Shown one piece after another: positions 57,377 to 64,000 of a DNA stretch of 64,000 bases. A program made the translations under genes and the position numbers. Location: positions 25,085 to 89,084 of the forward strand of contig JBAVUP010000128.1 of NCBI GenBank assembly GCA_049696835.1, written 5' to 3'. This stretch comes from Desulfobaccales bacterium. Lineage in GTDB: Bacteria; Desulfobacterota; Desulfobaccia; Desulfobaccales; 0-14-0-80-60-11. The notes beneath the pieces were generated by a model that made no database searches, had not been told where the DNA came from, and was given only the letters and a program-made list of their open reading frames with translations. Every line of letters begins with the position of its first letter. Within the stretch, counting starts at the first letter, position 1.

Positions 57377-58237
57377 TCAGATGGATAGGCTGAGCCAGGT
57401 CGCGAGACCCAACCCGATACCCACCAGGCCGTTAAGGGTGAAGAAGGCCGGGGGCAGGCGGAGGGGCTCCTTGACTGACAGCAGCAGGTGCTGGACCAGG
57501 AGGATCACCGCACTCACCCCCACGGCCCCGGCATAGATAGGACCCAAGCCGGCCAGCCGCCCGGTGGCGGCAAACCCCAACGCGGCCGCCAGGTGGCAGA
57601 AGCCCGCCAGACGCCGGGCCCAGGTAGGTCCCACCCGGGCCGGCAGGGAAGACAGCCCCACCCGCCGGTCAAAGGCCTCGTCCTGCAACGCATAGAGAAT
57701 ATCGAAACCCGCCACCCAAAAGAGCACCGCACCCGCCAGGACCAGGACCGCCGGACCCAGGTCGCCCCGCACCGCCAGCCAGCCGCCCACCGGGGCCAGT
57801 CCCAGACTCAGACCCAGGACCAGGTGGGACGCCACGGTAAACCTCTTGGTCAGGGAATAGCCCAGGATCACCGACAGGGCCACCGGCGACAGGGCGAAAC
57901 AAACCCGGTTGAGTTGCGCCGCCGCGCCCATAAAAATGACCGCGCTCACCACGATAAACAGGATGGTGGCCCTTCGACTGATCTTGCCCGCCGGCAGGGC
58001 CCGGTCCGCGGTGCGGGGGTTTAAGGCATCGAACCGGGCGTCCACCAGGCGATTGAAGGCCATGGCGGCGCTCCGGGCCCCCACCATGGCCACCAGGATC
58101 CAAAACAAGATCCGGCCGTCCGGCAAACCCCGGGCGGCCAGCAGAACCCCCATGAACGCGAAGGGCAGGGCCAACACGCTGTGGCCGATCTTGATCATCT
58201 CCAGAAGTTCATAAATATTGCGGAGAATTCGCCGCAT
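57377..58237 (-). CDS. UbiA-family aromatic prenyltransferase (MqnP-like by context)
   Basis: Start ATG 58237. NRLVDARFDALNPRTADR Asp-rich motif. ~9 TM. Confidence 0.85.
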   Translation of the reverse strand: MRRILRNIYELLEMIKIGHSVLALPFAFMGVLLAARGLPDGRILFWILVAMVGARSAAMAFNRLVDARFDALNPRTADRALPAGKISRRATILFIVVSAVIFMGAAAQLNRVCFALSPVALSVILGYSLTKRFTVASHLVLGLSLGLAPVGGWLAVRGDLGPAVLVLAGAVLFWVAGFDILYALQDEAFDRRVGLSSLPARVGPTWARRLAGFCHLAAALGFAATGRLAGLGPIYAGAVGVSAVILLVQHLLLSVKEPLRLPPAFFTLNGLVGIGLGLATWLSLSI

Positions 58238-58242
58238 TGCAG

Positions 58243-58280
58243 GTTCTCGTTTCTCGTTTTTCGTTTCTCGTTTTTCGTTG
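58243..58280. repeat. Heptamer array (TTTCTCG/TTTTTCG)n abutting the ubiA-family start
   Basis: GTTCTCGTTTCTCGTTTTTCGTTTCTCGTTTTTCGTTG. Confidence 0.9.
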
Positions 58281-58316
58281 ATTTTGGCCAAACGAATAAC
58301 TAGGTCTTAGCTTTTT

Positions 58317-58350
58317 CACCAAAAACGAAAAACCCCAAACGAAAAACGAT
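58317..58350. repeat. Inverted partner array (ACGAAAA)n just after the ubiX stop
   Basis: CACCAAAAACGAAAAACCCCAAACGAAAAACGAT. Confidence 0.85.
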
Positions 58351-58352
58351 AT

Positions 58353-58910
58353 CTATTCCCCCCAGCGCCGGGTCAGTTGGTGCTCCAGCCCCAGGTGGTC
58401 CAGGATGCGCCCGGCAAACTGGCGGGCCAGGTCCGTCAGGCCCTGCGGCTGATGGTAGAACCCGGGACAGGCCGGAAAGACGGTGGCCCCCGCCTCCGCC
58501 GCCCTGACCAGATTACGCAGGTGGATCAGGCTCAGCGGCGTCTCCCTTACTACGAGGATTAAGGGCCGCCGCTCCTTGAGAAAAACCTCACCGGCCCGGT
58601 GGATGAGGTTGCGCCCCACCCCCTGGGCAATGGCCCCCAGAGAGCCCATGGAGCAGGGGATCACCACCATGGCCCGGGCCCGGAACGAGCCGCTGGCCAA
58701 AGGCGAAGTAAAGTCATCCACCCGGTGCCGGATGGCCCCGGGGGCCAGAGCCGCCGGCGGCACTCCCAACTCCAGGTCCAACACCTGCTCCCCGGCCCCG
58801 GAGATCACCAGGTGCAGTTCCAGGTCCGGCCTGGCGTTGAAATAGGCCAGCAGCTCCCGGGCATAGATCATGCCCGAGGCCCCGGTGATAGCCACCACGT
58901 AGCGGTTCAC
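58353..58910 (-). CDS. ubiX: UbiX-family flavin prenyltransferase
   Basis: GTG 58910 gives a GTGA overlap with the ubiD stop. VVAITGASG N-terminus. Confidence 0.88.
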   Translation of the reverse strand: MNRYVVAITGASGMIYARELLAYFNARPDLELHLVISGAGEQVLDLELGVPPAALAPGAIRHRVDDFTSPLASGSFRARAMVVIPCSMGSLGAIAQGVGRNLIHRAGEVFLKERRPLILVVRETPLSLIHLRNLVRAAEAGATVFPACPGFYHQPQGLTDLARQFAGRILDHLGLEHQLTRRWGE

Positions 58911-60352
58911 GCCAGTCCCAGACGCGGCCACAGTTCGTCCACCTTACGTTTGATTTCCGGGTCCATGTCGATCACCTGGGGCCAGGGCCGGGTAAACCCT
59001 TCCTCGGGCCATTTGCGGGTGGCGTCGATCCCCATCTTGGACCCGTAATGGGGCAGGGGCGCGGCGTGGTCCAACGCGTCCACCGGTCCGTCGGCGAACA
59101 CTACGTCCCGCCGCGGGTCCACGTTGTTCCCCAGGCGCCACAACACCTGGGACAGGTCCTGCACGTCAACTTCCTTATCGAACACCACGATAATCTTGGT
59201 GAACATCATCTGCCCCAGCCCCCACAGGGCATGCATCACCTTGCGGGCGTGGCCGGGATAGCGTTTGTCGATGGAGACAAAGGCCAGGTTGTGGAAGACC
59301 CCTTCCACCGGCAGGTTCAGGTCCACCATCTCCGGCAGGGTCTTCTGCATCAGCGGAAAGAAGATGCGCTCCGTGGCCTTGGCCATGAAACAGTCTTCCA
59401 TGGGCGGCCGCCCCACGATGGTGGCGGGATACACCGGGTACCGCCGCCGGGTGATGGCCGTGAGATGGAACACCGGGTAGTCGTCCGCCAGGGAGTAATA
59501 CCCGGTGTGGTCGCCGAAGGGGCCCTCCCGGCGCCGCTCCCCCGGCGCAACAAAGCCTTCCAGCACGATCTGGGCTGCCGCCGGCACCGCCAGGGGCTGG
59601 GTGACACACGGCACCATCTCCACGGGCTCCCCCCTGAGGAACCCGGCAAAGAGGATCTCGTCGATATCTTCGGGCAGCGGCGCGGTGGCCGCATAGGTCA
59701 CCGCCGGGTCGGGCCCGATGGCCACCGCCACCGGCAGGGCTTCGCCCCGGGCCTCCGCCACCCGGTAGTGCTGGGCCCCGCCTTTGTGGGCGTGCCAGTG
59801 CATCCCGGTGGTTTTGGCGTCATAGACCTGGAGGCGGTACATGCCCACGTTGCGCCGCCCGGTCTCCGGGTGGTGGGTGATCACCACCGGCAGGGTGATG
59901 AAGGGGCCGCCATCCTCGGGCCAGCACGTCAGCACCGGCACCTGGCCCAGGCCCACATCCTCGCCGGTCAAAACCACTTCCTGGCACGGGGCCTTGGACA
60001 CCTCTTTGGGGAACATCCTGCCTAAGCGGGCCAGCTTGGGAATCAATTTGAGCTTCTTTATCAGGGTATTGGCTTCCGCCTCCATGAAGCTTAAGAGGTC
60101 TTTGGCGATGTCATCCAGGGACTCCACCTCCAGGGCCAGGCACATGCGCCGCATGGACCCGAAGGCGTTCATCAACACCGGCATCCCGAACCCCGGCACC
60201 TCTTCGAACAACAGGGCCGGGCCCCCGGCCTTGCACACCCGGTCGGTGATCTCGGTGATCTCCAAAAACGGGCTCACCGGCTCCTTGATGCGCACCAACT
60301 CGCCGGCCTGCTCCAACCGGGCAATGAAATCCCACAAATGACGATAGCCCAT
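58907..60352 (-). CDS. UbiD-family prFMN-dependent decarboxylase
   Basis: Start ATG 60352 (MGYRHLWDFIARLEQAGELVRIKEP...). The upstream part of the track ORF is repeat read-through. Confidence 0.9.
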   Translation of the reverse strand: MGYRHLWDFIARLEQAGELVRIKEPVSPFLEITEITDRVCKAGGPALLFEEVPGFGMPVLMNAFGSMRRMCLALEVESLDDIAKDLLSFMEAEANTLIKKLKLIPKLARLGRMFPKEVSKAPCQEVVLTGEDVGLGQVPVLTCWPEDGGPFITLPVVITHHPETGRRNVGMYRLQVYDAKTTGMHWHAHKGGAQHYRVAEARGEALPVAVAIGPDPAVTYAATAPLPEDIDEILFAGFLRGEPVEMVPCVTQPLAVPAAAQIVLEGFVAPGERRREGPFGDHTGYYSLADDYPVFHLTAITRRRYPVYPATIVGRPPMEDCFMAKATERIFFPLMQKTLPEMVDLNLPVEGVFHNLAFVSIDKRYPGHARKVMHALWGLGQMMFTKIIVVFDKEVDVQDLSQVLWRLGNNVDPRRDVVFADGPVDALDHAAPLPHYGSKMGIDATRKWPEEGFTRPWPQVIDMDPEIKRKVDELWPRLGLA

Positions 60353-60364
60353 ATGTTTTCCTTG

Positions 60365-60525
60365 AATGGTTTTTGAGGGGAGGGCCGGGGGAAGTTTTTC
60401 GTAAGTATTCCTCCGCCTCCCCTCAAACTCCCCTCCCAACCCCCTGTAAGGGGTTGGGGATGGGGGTGTGGGGGAAGGGGTAGGGGCCACTTACGAAAAA
60501 GCCCCTAGCCCCTTCCCCCAAAGTA
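60365..60525. repeat. G/C-tract composite element upstream of the ubiD-family start
   Basis: Contains GTTTTTCGTAAG, AAGGGGTTGGGG and GGGGCCACTTACGAAAAAGCCCCT, all shared with 46085-46185. Confidence 0.75.
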
Positions 60526-61338
60526 CTCCAACCGCGGCTCCTCTTCCAGTTCCCCCAGGTTATATAAATAATGGAAGAACGTGGCCAGGCCTTCTTCGTG
60601 TTCCGGGTCCAGGGAGTAATTAAGCTGGCGAAAATACGCCAGGATCTGGCCCGGGGTCATACCGAAGGGGGCGGCGGCGATGCGGCTCAGCTCCACCAGG
60701 GACCCCAGGCCCCAATCCCGGGACCGCAGCAGCAGCCGGTGCAGGGCGGCGGTGGCCGACGGTTCAGCCCCGGCAAAGTCCCGGCGCACCGCCCAGACCC
60801 CGAACACGAAGGGTAATCCGGTGAGTTCCTGCCAGGCCTCCCCCAGGTCCAGTTCAAAGGGCATGATCCCCGCGGCCTTCAGACGCAGGGCCTCATCGCC
60901 GATGGCCATGACCCCGGCGTAATCATGCAGGGGGGCCCCGGCCAGTTGACCCCGCTGGTAGTGGGGCGCCACCCCGAAGAGCTCGGTCAGCAAGACCTTG
61001 ACCAACGCCGCGCCGCTGGCGGAGGCGGCGCTGACCCGGATGGGCCGGCCGTCCAGCCGGGCAAACGGCATCCGGCTAAACAGCAGCACGCTGCCCACCG
61101 CCCCCTTGGAACTGATGGAGAGGTCGGGCAGCAGCAAATAGTCCCGCCAGGCCCGGCCATACTCCAGGGCGGAAATGGAGCCCAGGTCCACGTCCCCCCG
61201 GCGCATGGAGGTATTGAGCTCCGCCGGGGTGCCCCGGACCAGGTGGAAACCGTTTTCGCTAAAGAGGTGCTCCAGGGCGAAATAGATGGGCAGCACGTTG
61301 AGATACGCAATGCGCCCCAGACGAGCCTTAGCATTCAT
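60505..61338 (-). CDS. mqnA: MqnA/MqnD-family (futalosine pathway) protein, probably chorismate dehydratase
   Basis: ARLGRIAYLNVLPIYFAL N-terminus; ~277 aa periplasmic-binding-protein-like fold family. Confidence 0.75.
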   Translation of the reverse strand: MNAKARLGRIAYLNVLPIYFALEHLFSENGFHLVRGTPAELNTSMRRGDVDLGSISALEYGRAWRDYLLLPDLSISSKGAVGSVLLFSRMPFARLDGRPIRVSAASASGAALVKVLLTELFGVAPHYQRGQLAGAPLHDYAGVMAIGDEALRLKAAGIMPFELDLGEAWQELTGLPFVFGVWAVRRDFAGAEPSATAALHRLLLRSRDWGLGSLVELSRIAAAPFGMTPGQILAYFRQLNYSLDPEHEEGLATFFHYLYNLGELEEEPRLEYFGGRG

Positions 61339-61448
61339 GGCTGTCTCCCTTTATATGGCATTTAGCTCTCAGCTTTCAGCAAAAGCCAAGAATTGCCGGA
61401 AATCGATGTAAGCATTTGGGGTGGGCACCGCTCACCATCTTTCTTTCT

Positions 61449-61500
61449 CGTTCCCAAGCCTGGCTTGGGAACGCATTTGTGGCCAAAGCTCCGCTTTGGC
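61449..61500. repeat. Hairpin pair CGTTCCCAAGCCTGGCTTGGGAACG + GCCAAAGCTCCGCTTTGGC
   Basis: Same two-unit organisation as 52575-52627. Confidence 0.8.
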
Positions 61501-61535
61501 ACATTGCCTATCCCCGATTTTGTTGACTGCTCTTT

Positions 61536-62735
61536 TCAACCCAGCCATCTAAACTTCCCGGCCGCGCCCGCAGTAAATAATTCCCCCCAAAAATCCGGGC
61601 TTCCCCCCAGGGGAATGAATCCCAGGGCCGCCCGCTTGCCGGGTTCAAGACTCCCCAATTCGCCATCCCGGCCCAGGGCCCGGGCCCCGTTTAAGGTCCC
61701 CAGGCGTAGCCAAAATTCCCCGGCGTAGGCGGGAAAGTTCTGGTACAGCCACAGCATGTCGCCGAACAGATTCAGATCCCGGTTGCCCGCCAGGGAATCA
61801 GTGCCCAGGGCCAGATTCACCCCCGCGGCCACCAGCTCCGGCACTGGCGGCGTCCCGGCCCCGGTGTACCGGTTGGCCCGGGGGCAGAGCACCAGCCAGG
61901 TCCCGGTGTCGGCCAAGAGCTCACAATCCCCGGGGCTGAGCCAGGCCCCATGGACCGCCAGGGTCCGGGATCCCAGAAAATCTAAGCCGTGGAGGTAGGC
62001 CGGGGGGCTTACCCCGGGGGGCTGAAACTCCGGCACCCACCGCCCCCGGCGCTGCAGCAAGCCCTCGAAGAAACCGTTGCCCCCGGTAAGAAAGTCCAGC
62101 TCCGCCCGGGATTCCGCCAGGTGCACCATCTGGGGGCCCTGGCGCGCGGCGTTCCATTGATCGACTGCCCGGAACAGGGCCGCGGACACCGAATACGGGG
62201 CATGGGCCGCGGCCGAGATGCAGCCCGCGGCTGCCACCTCAGGTTGCCCGAAAAAAGGAAAAACCTCCGGGAGCTCAAACTGCTCCACCAGATTGAACCC
62301 CAGGCATTCATAAAACAGATGGTACGACAGGGGGCTTTGCGCAAGGGGCGGCCAGGAGGTCCCGGTGTTGGTAACCTCCCCCACCAGGGCCGTGCCGCTC
62401 CGCCACAAGGTGTCAATGCCGTGGGCGATGCCGGCCCTTTTCTCTCCCGGAGACAGCGCCCCATACGCCGCCAGGGTCGCCTCCAGCCAGTCCTCCCAGC
62501 GTTCCTGCGGCGCTACCTTTCCCGTCAGGGCGGAGAACTCCAGGTGGACGTGGCAGTTCACCACCCCCGGTAGAATGGCCCCGGCCCCATGTTCACAGAT
62601 CAACCCCTTGAACCCGGACAAGACCTCGGCCGCAGGACCCACCGGACCAATCCGGTCCCCGGCCACCACCACTGCTCCGTCCCGGATGGGGGGCCCACTT
62701 ACCGGCAATACCCAGCTACTCACATGCGCAATCAT
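61536..62735 (-). CDS. Metal-dependent amidohydrolase/deaminase (aminofutalosine deaminase-like by context)
   Basis: Intact HxH (VNCHVHLEF) in a chlorohydrolase-like layout. Lies between mqnA and the nucleoside phosphorylase. Confidence 0.75.
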   Translation of the reverse strand: MIAHVSSWVLPVSGPPIRDGAVVVAGDRIGPVGPAAEVLSGFKGLICEHGAGAILPGVVNCHVHLEFSALTGKVAPQERWEDWLEATLAAYGALSPGEKRAGIAHGIDTLWRSGTALVGEVTNTGTSWPPLAQSPLSYHLFYECLGFNLVEQFELPEVFPFFGQPEVAAAGCISAAAHAPYSVSAALFRAVDQWNAARQGPQMVHLAESRAELDFLTGGNGFFEGLLQRRGRWVPEFQPPGVSPPAYLHGLDFLGSRTLAVHGAWLSPGDCELLADTGTWLVLCPRANRYTGAGTPPVPELVAAGVNLALGTDSLAGNRDLNLFGDMLWLYQNFPAYAGEFWLRLGTLNGARALGRDGELGSLEPGKRAALGFIPLGGSPDFWGELFTAGAAGKFRWLG

Positions 62736-62739
62736 ATTT

Positions 62740-62778
62740 CAGTTGCCAGTAAGCAGTGAGCAGTGAGCAAGAAGTGAC
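62740..62778. repeat. Heptamer array (CAGTNNG)n abutting the amidohydrolase start
   Basis: CAGTTGCCAGTAAGCAGTGAGCAGTGAGCAAGAAGTGAC. Confidence 0.85.
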
Positions 62779-62813
62779 ACTCGACTGCGATGAATTGCGG
62801 TAAATTCAACTTT

Positions 62814-62853
62814 CTTCACCTTTTTCCCTTTTTCCCTTTTTCCCTTTTCGCCC
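62814..62853. repeat. 8-nt tandem array (CCTTTTTC)n after the phosphorylase stop
   Basis: CTTCACCTTTTTCCCTTTTTCCCTTTTTCCCTTTTCGCCC. Confidence 0.9.
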
Positions 62854-62859
62854 AACCGA

Positions 62860-63759
62860 TTACCTTACCCAGGTGCGCCAGTCGTCATTGATGTCGCCCC
62901 GCAGGCGGTAGCGTTCCATGAGCCGGGGGCAGGGGCATTGCCGCGCGGTGGCGGCCAGCGCCGGCAGCAACCTCAAGACCAGTTCCGGAAAGGCCCCTTC
63001 CACCGCCCGCACTTTTGCCACTTCTTCCGGGGTGGCCAGCCCTTCAAAGAGCACCCCCGGCTCATACTGCCGCTCCACCAGGCCTTCGGCATAATTCACC
63101 ACATACGTCAGGGCCGTATAACAGAACTCCAGTTCCCGGGCCAGGAAGACCTCCGGCACCAGGGTTTGGCCCACCAAATCGCCCCCCAGGAGGCGGAACT
63201 TGCGGATCTCCGCCGCGGTCTCTAGCCTGGGCCCCGTGGTGGCCACATAGACAGCCCGGGCATGCACCGTAAAGGGCACGCCGGCCAAGGCCCCCAACAT
63301 CGCGGCCCGGAGCTCCGGGCAGAACACCGGATTGTGCCGGATAAAACCCCAACCCACGCCCGGATAGAAGGTGTGGGGTCCGCCTTGGCCTTCATCCAAC
63401 ACGTCGTGGGGGACCACCAGGTCCCCCGGGGCCATCGCCTCATTCAGCGACCCCGGCGCCACCCAGGCCAGAATCTTGTCCACTCCCAGGGCCTTCAAGG
63501 CATAGAGATTGGCCCGGGCATTGGTAAACGGCGCGGAAATCTCATAGCCCGCCTCGCCGTGCCGGGAAAGGACCCCGAAGATTAGGCCTTCATGGGCGAA
63601 AAAATGAACCGGCCGGCTAGGGCCATAGGGGGTTTGGTAAACTTCGGTGCCCAGAGATTGGAGACCACGGGCCACAAAGGCCCGGTGGGCAGCCACCCGG
63701 GCAATTACCGCTACTTTCGCCTTGGCGGGCATCTTGGGGGAGAGCCTGAGCAATTTCAT
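62860..63759 (-). CDS. MTAP/PNP-family nucleoside phosphorylase
   Basis: ~299 aa with a methylthioadenosine phosphorylase-like pattern (KVAVIA..., GVDKILAWVAPGSLN, ATTGPRLETAAE). Confidence 0.75.
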   Translation of the reverse strand: MKLLRLSPKMPAKAKVAVIARVAAHRAFVARGLQSLGTEVYQTPYGPSRPVHFFAHEGLIFGVLSRHGEAGYEISAPFTNARANLYALKALGVDKILAWVAPGSLNEAMAPGDLVVPHDVLDEGQGGPHTFYPGVGWGFIRHNPVFCPELRAAMLGALAGVPFTVHARAVYVATTGPRLETAAEIRKFRLLGGDLVGQTLVPEVFLARELEFCYTALTYVVNYAEGLVERQYEPGVLFEGLATPEEVAKVRAVEGAFPELVLRLLPALAATARQCPCPRLMERYRLRGDINDDWRTWVR

Positions 63760-64000
63760 CCTGACAACAACTGGTAACGGTGATCTCGAATTTGGGGTTG
63801 ATAGCCACTCTGCCTTACCAGGGATTCGATTTCCATCCGGCTGAGGCGGAAGCCCACGCCGGTGGCGGCCACCACGTTTTCTTCCAGCATAGTGGAGCCG
63901 AAATCGTCGGCGCCGAATTTCAGGGCCACCTGAGCCACCTTCGGTCCCTGGGTCACCCAGGAAACCTGGAGGTGGGGCACGTTGTCCAGCACCAACCGGG
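63756..64000 (-). CDS. MqnE/MqnC/CofH-family radical SAM enzyme, C-terminal end only (gene continues beyond window)
   Basis: ...ALKFGADDFGSTMLEENVVAATG... C-terminal signature. 4-nt overlap with the downstream gene. Confidence 0.7.
   Translation of the reverse strand, partial: RLVLDNVPHLQVSWVTQGPKVAQVALKFGADDFGSTMLEENVVAATGVGFRLSRMEIESLVRQSGYQPQIRDHRYQLLSG

Noticed and set aside
32597-62853. Tandem arrays considered as CRISPR arrays
   Set aside because: The units are only 7-8 nt and directly abutting, with no spacers. No cas genes lie in the window.

Overview
GC-rich bacterial chromosomal window. Gene content (HdrA/MvhD flavoproteins, futalosine menaquinone genes, N-type ATPase) suggests an anaerobic sulfate-reducing or syntrophic Desulfobacterota-like organism, but this is inference only. 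All calls rest on motif and architecture reading of the ORF translations; no searches were run.

Contents in order:
- 3' part of an RND pump.
- A complete N-type F-ATPase operon (atpD-C-Q-B-E-F-A-G; no atpH, no atpR), translationally coupled to rhodanese and MauE/DoxX genes.
- A DGC-domain/ArsR cluster with two tandem small paralogous genes, one missing from the ORF track.
- A heavy-metal RND operon (OMF-MFP-CzcA/CusA-like) with a Cys/His-rich small leader gene and a trailing lipoprotein.
- A ~3.3 kb lower-GC islet with a tyrosine integrase, a decayed restriction-enzyme gene and a PLD/Nuc nuclease.
- A 13.6 kb ten-gene same-strand cluster: three HdrA-like flavoproteins (one MvhD-fused, one tandem HdrA-HdrA), polyferredoxins, an HdrC-like protein and a FwdA-like/FwdB-like pair. 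It has no HdrB, membrane subunit, hydrogenase or FwdC/D. This is my best candidate for an undescribed system.
- A frameshifted radical SAM gene and an HPF-cold-shock-domain fusion.
- bioB-D-F-H-C with a BirA operator.
- A PAS/GAF/GGDEF sensor, ftsK, dCMP deaminase, a hydrolase, and paaK with livH-M-F-G.
- Two paralogous OM beta-barrel genes.
- A futalosine-pathway menaquinone cluster.

The second striking property is the intergenic DNA. It is packed with 7-8 nt tandem arrays, often as inverted pairs. It also carries GTAGGGGCG...CGCCCCTAC hairpins, CGTTCCCAAG...CTTGGGAACG hairpins and long G/C-tract composite palindromes. Many ORF-track N-terminal extensions are read-through of these repeats and were trimmed.
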